DNA of 64,000 nt from Stegostoma tigrinum. Lineage: Eukaryota. How positions within the stretch are numbered: position 1 is the stretch's first letter; every line of letters starts with the position of its first letter. A program made the position numbers and the translations under genes. Positions 26,466 to 39,500 of this stretch are shown piece by piece. The notes below the pieces were generated by a model. That model was given only the letters and a program-made list of their open reading frames with translations, made no database searches and was not told where the DNA came from. The stretch lies in assembly GCF_030684315.1 (NCBI RefSeq), contig NC_081376.1, positions 20,627,018 through 20,691,017 of the forward strand, in the 5' to 3' direction.

Positions 26466-27149
26466 TCATTTTGTTGAAGCTTTTCTTCCTGCCCTTGTCA
26501 GGTTAATTTGTAATAATATAATTTAAAGGGAAACCAACATTTATGCTGTACAAGAGGAGAGTACTGATTGATTGGCAAGTGAAATTTGACTGATACAGGT
26601 ATAGAGAATGGCCCAGTTAATAACAGCCAGGTTTTGTTAACATTTTAAACTAAACAGGTTGACTTTGTTTGGTCAAAACTTTGCCCTGAGAAATGATCTC
26701 TTGAATGACTGGACAGTTCAAGAAAAGCAGGGTAATGAGGCAAACTTGGATCTCAACTGAACATAAAGAGAAGCAGCACCAGGAATGGCAGCTGTCTTTG
26801 AGTCAGCATCCTGACATTTCACAGAGCTCCATTCCACAGGAGACAGTTTTCTCATGGGGTATTCTGTAACTTTCAGGACATGATTTAACAGTTTTCCTCT
26901 GGAAGCACAGGATTTTTTGGCAGAATTTCATGGGATGAGCATGTTACTGGCAAGTAACAGTGTTCGTTATTCCAAGTCAGAATGGTGGGTCAGTTGGAAG
27001 GGCTTTTGCAGTGGTGGTGTCTCCATGTATGTACTACCCTTGGTCCTTCTAGACATTGAGGCAGCCTGTTTTAAAGAAGATTTACTGAGCTGATGTTGTG
27101 CACATTGCGCATCCATGCAAAGAATATGTTTGTTGCTCACATCTGCATT

Positions 27150-27900
27150 GTTCTGCAAGATTTCCTGTCCAGTGAATCATGTAGGCGCATTTTGCTGGTT
27201 GTGTTCAAGATGCCAGACTTCGTAGTCTTCAACGCCTTCCAGGAAATGGCTGGAAACATCTGAAGGATTTTACAATCTGCTGCAACAGCACATCTTCCAG
27301 GCTACTGCCATATTTGCAAAGTCTGCACTTATGTCCGTTTTTGCATCTTAGAATGACCGTTGGAATGAGAGGGTCCTTGTATTAAATGCAGTGATTGGAT
27401 TCCTACAAGTGCAGACAGTTAGATTGTACCCATGAGGCATTCCAGGCATCATCAAATAAACCAGGAGTATTTACGAGTAAAGAAGGATTCCACTCTAATA
27501 TTGTTTAACTGTTCTATAGAGGATAATTATGCATATCTGTGTAAAACATTTAGGAAGCTGCCGTTGATACTTTCATTCTGCGTCAGTTAGGTCCCTCGCA
27601 GATCTTCCCAACTCCAAGCAGATTTAACAGATGGCTAGTTTGAGACAAGGAATAACCTCTGCAGATATTGCTGGTGATGCCCATGAGGATGTTTAATTGG
27701 GCATTAATGCACAGGAAACATATAACAGAAGCCACATGAACATAAGGATGGTTATTGTGTAAGTAGTTAGATTGTTAAAGTGTGATTGAGTTGCCTGGCT
27801 AGATACAGAGCACCTTTTAGTATACACTAACATGTATCAAATTATAGTGCTCTGATAGACTTTGAAAAACATGGCATAACAGAAAGGATTGGAGCTGCAG
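27150..27900 (+). mobile_element. PIF/Harbinger DDE transposase relic
   Basis: Ordered degenerate motifs GFLQVQ (27397), DCTH (27422), FTSKEGFHS, GSCxD-FILRQ (frameshifted) and WLV*DKE*PL, corresponding to the Harbinger motifs GAIDCTH / NRKGFHS / PGSxHD / WLLGDKGYPL; in-frame stops. Confidence 0.8.
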
Positions 27901-28868
27901 AAGACAAATCTGATGACATTGCTTATCTTTGGAATCAAACCATTGAATCTATTTTTATTTCAATCTTGAATCTCCAAATCTATTCACCATGATTTTTCAA
28001 GTGCATGCAACCTTTCATGGTCTCTACACTCCTTATTTATGTAACTTCCTCCAGCTCCACAGCATACCAAGGTTTCTGTAATTCTTACCTTCTTGTGCAT
28101 CTCCAGGGTAGTTTGGGATGGGCAATAAATACTGCCTAGACACAGGCCATCATATATCTGAGTGAATAAATAAAAAAAATCATCCCACCATGTACCTTCA
28201 GTTGTCTGAGCCCTGAGCTTTGAAATCCCCCTCTAAACTTGTTTGCCTCACTTTGGTCCTTTGCACTCCTTAAAATCTACCTCTTTCATTAAACTTTTTA
28301 TTTGCTGCCGTATGACTCCGTATATGTCTCAACATCATAGTTGATGATTTCAATTTGATGATTTGATTTATTGTAGTCATATGTACTTTAGTGCAGTGAA
28401 GAGCTTTGTTTACAGGTAGTGCAGGCAGATTATACGGTGCTTAGACAGAGTGAGGCATAGAAGTTACACTGCACAGGAGGTGCGCAAAGCAAGAACAACA
28501 TTAACAAGATCAACATTATTTGAAGTTAGAGAATCCATTCATCAGTCTAATAATGGCTGGGAAAAAGCTGTTGTTTGAACCTGTTGGTGCATGAGTTCAA
28601 GCTTCCTGTACATTCTGCCTGATGGAAGGGATTGTAGGAGAGCACTACCAGGGTGGGATGGGTCTGTGATGATGTTGGCAGCCTTTCCATGGCAACAAAA
28701 AGCGTAACTGTCATCCATGTCTGGGGCTTCCGTAATGGTTTGGACTGTGTACACAACCTTCTGTTTCATTTTATACTGCTGTTCCAAAGTGTCCTAGGAA
28801 GTTTTATTATATTAAAGATGTTAGGTAAATTCAAATTTTTCTTCATCTGAAACTTTCTCTCTCAACAG

Positions 28869-28944
28869 GTCACGTAACCTGCAGTGTCAGAGAATCTTCC
28901 AGGTCAATGCTCCTATTAATTGTGTCTGCCTGCATCCCAATCAG
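28869..28944 (+). CDS. MLST8: MLST8 coding exon 4
   Basis: [25 protein letters not shown]; caacag acceptor, gtaagg donor. Confidence 0.97.
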
Positions 28945-30837
28945 GTAAGGGGCAACACTGCACCCCCAAAACTGCAGACAGACTTTGTATGTCAACCCAC
29001 CCTGAGAAGCTGTGTGTGGTTTGTAATGGAGACATGCAAAGAGTTGAAGCTGGAAATCTTATCTTTCAGTTTAGCCACAGTATGCATTTCCTGCCAGTGT
29101 GTGGCACTGCTGCACTCTGCAAAGTCTCTTTGTAATTTGCTGGTACTAATTGGGCTGGTGATCAGATCCAGTCTGACTTAAAATGCCTTGTCTGAGTAGC
29201 TCCTAACCTACAAAATCAGCTAAAGCATTGAATGTTTCTGTTGTGAAAATAAAGAATTTAGATAGGATAATAATAGTTACGGTGTTACATCAAAGATTTT
29301 CAGTGCTGGATTTTGTACAAACTGTGTTTGAATACCCATCGAGCACATCAAAGATGCAGACCTTTCAAGACACATCCCAGTTTACTCTGTCGTCCTCCCA
29401 AATGTCAATGACACTGTGCTTCTCTTTACAAGGGATTTCAATTCTTCACTTCCGAAAAATCAGCCTTGAATTCCCTTTGAAGTCACTTCTTTACAGACAG
29501 CCTCAATGATAGTTCACATCCCGGCACCTTAAACCCCTCTCCTGACATTCTCTCCCTGGATTCTTGAAACTACACTCCAGCTACTTAAAGATCCAATTCC
29601 AGCTTTTCTTCACACTGCTATTTTCTGTAAGCTAGCACTGTCGCTGGGTTTCTCCGAGCTCCAGTCTTTCTTAGCTGCTGCAAATAATCTGGACTTCAAT
29701 CACCCCCTCCCAGCTGCTCTGGACAAATTAGTGACTTTCAGGGCTCTTTCAAACCCCAATGACTCTAATTTTCCTGAGCCTTACCCCAACACTTTCCTGC
29801 ACCTACTGACTCCCCTGATTTCTCTGAGCCCTGACTGCTTAGAATATGTTAAAGCACACCTTTTCAGGATGGGACTCTTTCTCCCTGCTGCTGTAAATTT
29901 ATCCTTTATCGTTGTCATGGGTTTTATAGCATGGATTTGCACCGTTCCCTGTCCCATGGCCAATTTTTCGTCCTCTGCAATCCTATGGGTGCACTTTTGA
30001 CATCCATATGGTCAAGCCCTTTAATATGTAAAACAAAACGACAGAGGGTAAATATATCCTGTCACACTGCTGTTCTGAGTATGTGCTGGGACTTCAGGGC
30101 CTACCAAGGAAAGAAAATCCTTGCCAGAGACAGAAGTCAGAGAGGTTTGAGTTTTGAAACCGGTTGAAGAAGGTAGCAATGCTGAAATCATATGATGACC
30201 AGTTAGTAATAGTTAGGGTATAGCGGGGCAGCTGAAGGTCTGAAATTCAATGCTGATGGATGCCTCGACTATGAATTACGTCTCCATATTATGGCATATG
30301 GCAATAATAGATTATTCTTTTAGAGACTGGATTAATGATCAACTCTCACAGCACATTGGGAAGTCATTCTCCTATGCTAGCTCTTTGAAAGAGTTCTCGA
30401 ACCAGCTCCACTCCATCCGTATAGCTATGCTAAATTTTCTTTGAAAGTATAAATCAAATTCCTTTTTGAAAAACATTATTGAATTTGCTTCTTCCATCTT
30501 TTTAGATAGTGCATTCCAAATCACCATAACATGCTGTATAAAAGAAAATTCCCATCATCTTCCCTGATACTTTTGCCAAAGACATTTAAACCATATTTTC
30601 TGATCTAGTCTATTAAAATGACCTCAGAATTTTGAACTCCTCTCATTATATTTCTCTACTTTAAGGAGAACAACCACTGAATTGCTTATCAATGAAGTCT
30701 TTAATTACTAGTAATGTCTGAATGTCATTGCAGAAATTATGGGTCATTCGGCTCAACAATGTTAACAGTATCGGCTCCAGGTGTGTTCATGAGCTCATCC
30801 TCACATGGAATGTAAAACCTTTTTGGACCGTGGACCA

Positions 30838-33746
30838 GAGATAATAGGAACTGCAGATGCTGGAGAATCCAAGATAACAAAGTGCGAAGCTGGATGAACA
30901 CAGCAGGCCAAGCAGCATTTCAGGAGCTCAAAAGCTGATGTTTCGTGTCTAGACCCTTCATCAGAGAGGGGGATGGGGAGAGGATTCTGAAATAAATAGG
31001 CAGAGAGGGGGAGGCGGACCGAAGATAGATAGAGGAGAAGATAGGTGGAGAGGACAGTATAGGTGGGGAGGGGTTATGTCAGTCTGGGGAGGACGGACAG
31101 GTCAAGGAGGTGGGATGAGGTTAGTAGGTGGGAAATGGAGGTGTGGCTTGAGGTGGGAGGTGGGGATAGGTGAGAGGAAGACAGCAGTGGGGCGAGGGGA
31201 CGAGCTGGGCTGGTTTTGGGATGCAGTGGGGGAGGGGACGAACTGGGTTGGTTTAGGGATATAGTGGGTGAAGGGGAGATTTTGAAGCTTGTGAAGTCCA
31301 CTTTGACACCATTGGGCTGCAGGGTTCCCAAACGGAATATGAGTTGCTGTTCCTGCAACCTTTGGGTGGCATCATTGTGGCACTGCGAGAGGCCCAGGAT
31401 AGACATGTCGTCTAAGGAGTGGGAGGGGGAGTTAAAGTGGTTTGCGACTGGGAGGTGCAGTTATTTATTGCGAACTGAGCGGAGGTGTTCTGCAAAGCGG
31501 TCCCCAAGCCTCCGCTTGGTTTCCCCAATGTAGAGGAAGCCACACCAGGTACAATGGATACAGTATACCACATTGGCAGATGTGCAGGTGAACCTCTGCT
31601 TAATGTGGAAAGTCATCTTGGGGCCTGGGATGGGGGTGAGAGAAGAGGTGTGGGGGCAAGTGTAGCATTTCCTGCGGTTGTAGGGGAAGGTGCCGGGTGT
31701 GGTGGGGTTGGAGGGCAGTGTGGAACGGACAAGGGAGTCACGGAGAGAGTGGTCTCTCCGGAAGGCAGCTAAGGGTGGGGATGGAAAAATGTCTTGGGTG
31801 GTGGGGTCGGATTGTAGATGGCGGAAGTGTTGGTGGATGATGCGTTATATCCGGAGGTTGGTGGGATGGTATGTGAGAACGAGGGGGATTCTCTTAGGGC
31901 GGTTATTGTAGGGGCAGGGTGTGGGGGTGTGTTGCAGGAAGTGCGGGAGACACGGTCAAGGGCGTTCTCGACCACTGCTGTGGGGGGTTGGCGTGCGGTC
32001 CTTGAAGAAGGCGGACATCTGGGATGTGCGGGAGTGGAATGCCTCATCCTGGGAGCAGATGCAGCGGAGGCGAAGGAATTGGGAATAGGGGATGGAATTT
32101 TTGCAGGAGGGTGGGTGGGAGGAGATGTATTCTAGATAGCTGCGGGAGTCAGTGGGCTTGAAATGGACATCAGTTTCTAGCTGGTTACCTGAGATGGAGA
32201 CAGAGAGGTCCAGGAAGGTGAGGGATGTGTTGTAGATGGCCCAGGTGAACTTGAGGTTGGGGTGGAAGGTGTTGGTGAAGTGGATGAACTGTTTGAGCTC
32301 CTCTTGGGAGCAAGAGGCGGCACCGATACAGTCATCAATGTAACGGAGGAAGAGGTGGGATTTGGGGCCAGTGTAGGTGCGGAAGAGGGACTGCTCCACG
32401 TAACCTACAAAGAGGCAGGCATAGCTGGGGCCCATGCGGGTGCCCATGGCCACGCCCTTTGTAGGAAGTGGGAGGAATCGAAAGAGAAGTTGTTGAGGGT
32501 GAGGACGAGTTTGGCTAGGCGGATGAGGGTGTCGGTGGAGGGGGACTGGTCGGGCCTGCGGGACAAGACGAAGCGGAGGGCCTTGAGGCCATCTGCATGA
32601 GGAATGTAGGTGTATAGGGACTGGACGTCCATGGTGAAAATAAGGTGTTGAGGACCAGGGAATTGGAAGTTCTGGAGGAGGTGGAAGGTGAGGATGGTGT
32701 CACGGACGTAGGTGGGGAGTTCCTGGACGAAGGGGGAGAAAATGGAGTCCAGATAGGTGACATCCGGATACAACGCATCATCCTCCGACACTTCCGCCAT
32801 CTACAATCCGACCCCACCACCCAAGACATTTTTCCATCCCCACCCTTGTCTGCCTTCCGGAGAGACCATTCTCTCCATGACTCCCTTGTCTGCTCCACTC
32901 CCCTCCAACCCCACCAGACCTGGCACCTTCCCCTGCAACCGCAGGATGTGCTACACTTACCCCCACACCTCCTCCCTCACCCCCATCCCAGGCTCCAAGA
33001 TGACTTTCCATATTAAGCAGATGTTCAGTGTCGTATACTGTATCCACAGTACCCATTGTGACTTCCTCTACATTGGGGAAACCAAGCAGAGGCTTGGGGA
33101 CCACTTTGCGGAACACCTCCGCTCGGTTTGCAATAAACAACTGCACCTCCCAGTCGCAAACCATTTCCACTCCCCCTCCCCCTCCCATTCCTTAGACGAC
33201 ATGTCTATCCTGGGCCTCCTGCAGTGCCACAATGATGCCACCCAAAGGTTGCAGGAACAGCAACTCATATTCCACTCGGGAACCCTGCAGCCCAATGGTA
33301 TCAATGTGGACTTCATCAGCTTCAAAATCTCCCCTTCCCCCACTGCATCCCAAAACCAGCCCAGCTCGTCCCCTCCCCCAAATGCATCCCATAACCAGCC
33401 CAGCTTGTCCCCACCTCCCTAACCTGTTCTTCCTCTCACCTATCCCCTCCTCCCACCTCAAGCCACACTTCCATTTCCCACCTACTAACCTCATGCCTGC
33501 CTCCTTGACCTGTCCGTCCTCCCAGGACTGACCTGTCCCCTCTCCACCTCCCCACCTATACTCTCCTCTCCACCTATCTTCTCCTCTATTCATCTTTGGT
33601 CTGCCTCCCCCTCTTTCCCTATTTATTTCAGAACCCTCTCCCCATCAACCCTCTCTGATGTAGGGTCTAGGCCCGAAACGTCAGTCTTGGTGCTCCTGAG
33701 ATGCAGCTTGGCCAGCTGTGTTCATCCAGCTCCACACTTAGTTATC
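30838..33746 (-). mobile_element. Penelope-like retroelement, palindromic insertion, older and frameshifted
   Basis: Left arm 30838-~32760 (-) extends furthest into RT (LPTYVRDT, FTMDVQSLYT, AMGTRMGPSYA, RYIDD); right arm ~32762-33746 (+) encodes linker and GIY-YIG. TSD ttggaccgtggacca at 30823-30837 and 33747-33761. Confidence 0.95.
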
Positions 33747-33803
33747 TTGGACCGTGGACCATGTGGATCTTATCCATGGGATATTGTCACTATTGTTTTA
33801 CAG

Positions 33804-33956
33804 GCAGAGCTGATTGTTGGTGATCAGAGTGGTGCCATTCACATCTGGGACCTGAAAACTGACCACAATGAGCAGCTAATTCCCGAGCCAGATGTTTCAG
33901 TCAATGCAGTTCACATTGATCCGGATGCAAGTTACATGGCAGCTATCAATAGTTCG
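33804..33956 (+). CDS. MLST8: MLST8 coding exon 5
   Basis: [51 protein letters not shown]; ttacag acceptor, gtaagt donor. Confidence 0.98.
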
Positions 33957-34307
33957 GTAAGTGACATTGAACCATGAGCAGTACATATCTTCATTTGTGC
34001 TCTAACTAGACTGAGGCATAGAGTCATACAGCATGGAAACAGACTCTTCGGTCCAATCAACCAGGTTCCCAAACCGAACTAGTCCCACTTGCCTGCATTT
34101 GGCCCATTATTTCTCTAACCTTTCCTATTCATGTACTTATCCAATTGTAACTCTACCTGCATTCACCACTTCTTCTGGCAGTTCACTCTCTTGTGTAAAA
34201 ATGTTGCTGCTTGTGTCCTTTTTGAATTTTTCTCCTCTCACCTTAAAAATATGCTTAAAAATAAAAATATGAACTAACTCCATGCCAGGGAAAAGATCCT
34301 TGTCAGT

Positions 34308-34470
34308 CACTTCATCTATAATTTAGGAAATGACACTTCATCTATAATTTAGGAAATGACAGATGAGTTTTTCCGGAACAGTGCTGTTGGGTGGGAGAAG
34401 GGACCTGGTGCTGGGCTGTGGGAGCAGGGACCTGGTACTGGGCTGTGGGAGCAGGAGCCCGGTGCTGGTG
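34308..34470. repeat. Two short tandem duplications
   Basis: 25-bp unit cacttcatctataatttaggaaatg(a) twice at ~34308-34359; 27-bp unit gggacctggtgctgggctgtgggagca about 2.5 times at ~34400-34470. Confidence 0.8.
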
Positions 34471-34807
34471 AATGGGAGGTGTGGGGCCTGTGTTAAAACA
34501 GTGGGATTGATGAAACGAGTGCTGGTGGGAGATTATGCAACCAACTGTCAACCTAATCTTACTTCCTGCCGAACACTTGTTTCACTGCAATTTCAGTGCA
34601 CAGTGGCACTGAGCTGTTTTTCCTTGTCCATCAAACTTTGTGTCTGGAGTCAGTAGTGCTTTTTTTGTTTGTCACACTGATGTTCAGCCTTCTCATGCTT
34701 CTGCTAATGCTTCTTCTGTTTGAAGGGGTTGATCCCCTCCCTTGGTCAATACTTTCCATAAAATCTTAGCAGATTAATTGATTTCTCTGTTCTTTCTTTA
34801 TCTCCAG

Positions 34808-34932
34808 GGTAATTGCTACGTGTGGAATCTAACAGGTGGAATTGGTGATGATGTCACTCAGCTCATTCCCAAGACCAAGATCCCAGCTCACAAACGCTAT
34901 GCTCTACGCTGCAAATTCAGCCCTGACTCCAC
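34808..34932 (+). CDS. MLST8: MLST8 coding exon 6
   Basis: [41 protein letters not shown](T); ctccag acceptor, gtaggt donor. Confidence 0.98.
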
Positions 34933-36670
34933 GTAGGTTCTTCCATTTCTGTGATATCATAATCTGCTATCAAACTGTCTGCTCAGTGTCGTAAGTGGGT
35001 CTGAAGTATTTCGGAAATGATAGTTCATTTTATACCTCCTGCAAAATACTTTGCTTCCTGAGACCCGCTATATGACTGACTGTATCACTTGGCTGGTTGA
35101 CTGGTTTGTGATGCAGAATGATGCAAACAACATGCGCTTAATTTCCATACCAGCTAAGGTCACCATGAAAATTCCATCTTCTTGACCTTGATCCTCACCT
35201 GACAAACAGTAACGAAGGTTAAATTACTACCAGTCATATCTCTCTAATGAGACAGCAGTTCTCTGGTCCTCAAGGTCTACTGCGGCTTTACATATGTTTT
35301 TAGATTAATCTGTAAGAGAGCATAGTTTAGGCAAACAATGACCCTACCCTCTTTGAATGTATGCAATAGGAACGATAGATCCATGCAGGGACAAATTACA
35401 CCCTGAATAGGCCAACAGTGCGCTTCACCAGATCAACTATTTCAAAGTGATAAATGTCTGAAAATTTTGCAATTTTTTTCATCCATTTGTTTTGTTTAAT
35501 GTAAAGTCGAGCAACAAACTAGACATGATGAAATAATTCCGTTCCAAACTTTGTACTGAATCAGTAGACTCTATCTTACAGTATTTGTTGTCAGCACTTA
35601 CCCTAGTTTTGCTACTTCAAGTACACAATGGCACTGATGCATATTTCTCTTGTCCATCAAATGTTGCGCTGGGAAGTCAATAGCGATTCTCTGCTGTCGC
35701 ACTGATGTTCAGCCTTGTGTTTCCGTTATTCCTTGACCTCTTTGGAGGAGATAGTTTCCTCCCTTAGTCAATATTATCCAAAAAAAGGTTAGCAAAATTC
35801 ATTTATGGCACCCAAGAGACCATTCAGCTTCAATGCTGGCTCTCTGAGAAGAAATCAGTTCAATGCTGCCTCTCCATCTGCATAGTCCTGCAAGTTATTT
35901 CCCTAAAGTGCCTATCCAGCTTCTTTTTGAAATTATTTATCAGTTTCACTTTCACCACTGTCATTCTGGGTGATTAGAATTTGGTACACTAAAGATAAAA
36001 TTCTACCTTGCCTCCCCTGTATTTCTTTTCTGAAAACCTTAGATTTGTGTCCTCGTAGTGCTTGGACTTTAGCTAACGGCAACAGCATTAATTTATCTTT
36101 ATTATAATTTAACACAGCCCTCTTATGACATCGCCTCAATCTCTTCTGCTCAATGGAGAACAACTGCAGCTTCTCCAACCTATCCTTGTAGCCACAATCA
36201 CTAATCCATCCAACATTTGGGTAAATATCTTCATTGAATCATCCTGCCTTCCACATACGGCTGCTAACTCTCCCTATATAACAGTTGCTACATTCTAAGT
36301 AATTAGTTAGGTGTGATACTCTTTAAGTTGTTCCTGGAGATATGCTAAGCACAGATCTGTCTCACATTTAAATTGTGATATGTCATTGCAACCACCAACT
36401 GAGAAGAATACAACATTAATTGGGGAAAAAAAGCAAAAAGAAAATGCAGATGTTAGAAATACAGAACATTAATTGGGCACTGAAAACAAAGATGTATAAC
36501 AATTTTCTTCAACAAAGTGCTTAATATCTGTTTTGGCTATAAAAAAGGACTGTGTCCCACCATGCTGCCACCTTGGCAATCAGGAGGGAGTAGCCGGAGG
36601 AATTACTCAACATTGACTCTGGACTACATAGCACCAGGTCAGACATGGACAAGGAAACTTCCAGCTGAGT

Positions 36671-38198
36671 TAATGATAATAAAATGTGAGGCTGGATGAA
36701 CACAGCAGGCCCAGCAGCATCTCAGGAGCACAAAAGCTGACGTTTTGGGCCTAGACCCTTCATCAGAGAGGGGGATGGGGTGAGGGTTCTGGAATAAATA
36801 GGGAGAGAGGGGGAGGCGGACCGAAGATGGAGAGAAAAGAAGATAGGTGGAGAGGAGAGTATAGGTGTGGAGGTAGGGAGGGGATAGGTCAGTCCAGGGA
36901 AGACGGACAGGGCAAGGAGGTGGGATGAGGTTAGGAGGTAGGAGATGGAGGTGCGGCTTGGGGTGAGAGGAAGAACAGGTTAGGGAGGCAGAGACAGGTT
37001 GGACTGGTTTTGGGATGCAGTGGGTGGAGGGGAAGAGCTGGGCTGGTTGTGTGGTGCATTGGGGGGAGGGGACGAACTGGGGTGGTTTTGGGATGCGGTG
37101 GGGGAAGGGGAGATTTTGAAGCTGATGAAGTCCACATTGATACCATTGGGCTGCAGGGTTCCCAAGCGGAATATGAGTTGCTGTTCCTGCAACCTTCGGG
37201 TGGCATCATTGTGGCACTGCAGGAGGCCCATGATGGACATGTCATCTAAAGAATGGGAGGGGGAGTGGAAATGGTTTGCGACTGGGAGGTGCAGTTGTTT
37301 ATTGCGAACCGAGCGGAGGTGTTCTGCAAAGCGGTCCCCAAGCCTCTGCTTGGTTTCCCCAATGTAGAGGAAGCCACACCGGGTACCGTGGATGCAGTAT
37401 ACCACATTGTCAGATGTGCAGGTGAACCTCTGCTTAATGTGGAAAGTCATCTTGGGGCCTGGGATAGGGGTGAGTGAGGAGGTGTGGGGGCAAGTGTAGC
37501 ATTTCCTGTGGTTGCAGGGGAAGGTGCCGGGTGTGGTGGGGTTGGAGGGCAGTGTGGAGCGAACAAGGGAGTCACGGAGAGAGTGGTCTCTCCGGAAGGC
37601 AGCTAAGGGTGGGGATGGAAAAATGTCTTGGGTGGTGGGGTCGGATTGTAGATGGCGGAAGTGTCGGGGGCAGCTCAATAGTATCAATGTGGACTTCACC
37701 AGCTTTAAAATCTCCCCTTCCCCCACCGCATCCCAAAACCAGCCCAGTTCGCCCCCTCCCCCCACTGCACCACACAACCAGCCCAGCTCTTCCCCTCCAC
37801 CCACTGCATCCCAAAACCAGTCCAACCTGTCTCTGCCTCCCTAACCTGTTCTCCTCTCACCCATCCCTTCCTCCCACCCCAAGCCGCACCTCCATCTCCT
37901 ACCTACTAACCTCATCCCACCTCCTTGACCTGTCCATCTTCGCTGGACTGACCTATCCCCTCCCTACCTCCCCACCTATACTCTCCTCTCCACCTATCTT
38001 CTTTTCTCTCCATCTTCGGTCCGCCTCCCCCTCTCTCCCTATTTATTCCAGAACCCTCACCCCATCCCCCTCTCTGATGAAGGGTCTAGGCCCGAAACGT
38101 CAGCTTTTGTGCTCCTGAGATGCTGCTGGGCCTGCTGTGTTCATCCAGCCTCACATTTTATTATCTTGGATTCTCCAGCATCTGCAGTTCCCATTATC
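36671..38198 (-). mobile_element. Penelope-like retroelement, palindromic insertion (linker and GIY-YIG portion only)
   Basis: Left arm 36671-~37667 (-) has CNHRKCYTC and VVYCIHGTRCGFLYIGET; right arm ~37675-38198 (+). TSD acttccagctgagt at 36657-36670 and 38199-38212. Confidence 0.95.
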
Positions 38199-38214
38199 AC
38201 TTCCAGCTGAGTAC

Positions 38215-39500
38215 TGTGTACTAACCCCTCAGCTGACGAATATTCCTCCATGTTGAACCTTGGAGGAAGCTTTGAGGGTGGCAAGGGCACAGAATGTACT
38301 TTGGCTGGGGGATTTCAATGCCCACCACTAAGTGACTTGGAGGAGCCACGACTGAGTGAGCTGTTTGAGTCCTAAAGGAAATTGCTGCTAAACTGGATCT
38401 GTGATAGGTGGTGAGGGAACCAACAAGAGGGAAATACATGGTTGGTCTCATCCCCATCAATCTGCCTCCTGCAGATGTATAAGTAAGAGTGGCCTCTATC
38501 CAGTCCTTAAGGAGACAAAGTCCTGTCTTCATTTTGACAGTATTGCCTGTTGTCTTGTGTGGTATTATCACTGTGCTATATGGGATGGACTTTGAACAGA
38601 CCTAGCAATTCCATTGGGTATCCATGAGATGTGGTGTACCATTTACAGCGGCAGAATTGTACCTCAGCGTGATCTACAACATTATAGCTGAGTACATCTA
38701 ACCAATCCACTCTTGTCATGAAGACAGAGATGAAGCCTGGTTTATTGAAAAGTGCAAGAGGGTAGATTAGGAGCAGCATCAGACATATCGAAAAGTGTGT
38801 GTCAACCTAGTGAAGCTACAAAACTAGACAATATGGTACCATACAGCATAAGCAACAAGTGACAGCTAAGCAATTCCATGATCAGGTCCAAGCCCTGCAA
38901 TCCTGTCACATCCAGTTGTGAATGGTGGTGCACAATTAAACAATTCATTGGAGGAGGAGGCTCATAAATATTCTCATTATTAATAATGAGAGGGCCAGCA
39001 CATCAGTATAAAAGATAAAGCAGAAGCATTCACAACAATCTTGAACTGGAATTGCTGAGTTGATGATGCATCTCGGCCTCCTCCAGTGGTTCCCAGCATC
39101 ACAGGAGTCTGTCCTCAGCCAATCTGATTCACTTCATTTGATATCAAGAAACATTTGGAGGTACTGGGTATTACGAAGGCTATGAGACCTGACAGCATTC
39201 CAGCAATGGCACTGAAGACTTGTGATGCAAAACTTGACACGCTCCTTGCCAAGCTGTTTGAGTACAGTCACAACATTGACTTCTACCCAATAATGTGGAA
39301 AATTGCCCAGGTATGTCCTGTACACACACAGCAGGACAAATCCAATTCAACCGATTGTCACTTCATCAGTCTACTCTCGTTCATTGGTAAAGTGACAGAA
39401 GGAGTCATTAACTGTGCTGTCAAGCTGCATCTGCTCAGTGATGCTCAGTTTGGGTTCCGCCAGGGCCACTCAGCTCCTGACCTTATTATAGCCTGAGTTC
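38215..39500 (+). mobile_element. Decayed non-LTR retrotransposon (CR1/L2-group) ORF2 fragment
   Basis: ggggatttcaatgcccac (GDFNAH); ORF 39155-39496 KAMRPDSIPAMALK...WKIAQVCPVH...ISLLSFIGKVTEG...QFGFRQGHS. Confidence 0.8.

Noticed and set aside
10964-38118. Many recurrent Pro/Gly-rich ORFs (MDWFWDAVGG..., MMTCPSWASC...)
   Set aside because: Alternative-frame and antisense translations of Penelope copies, not genes
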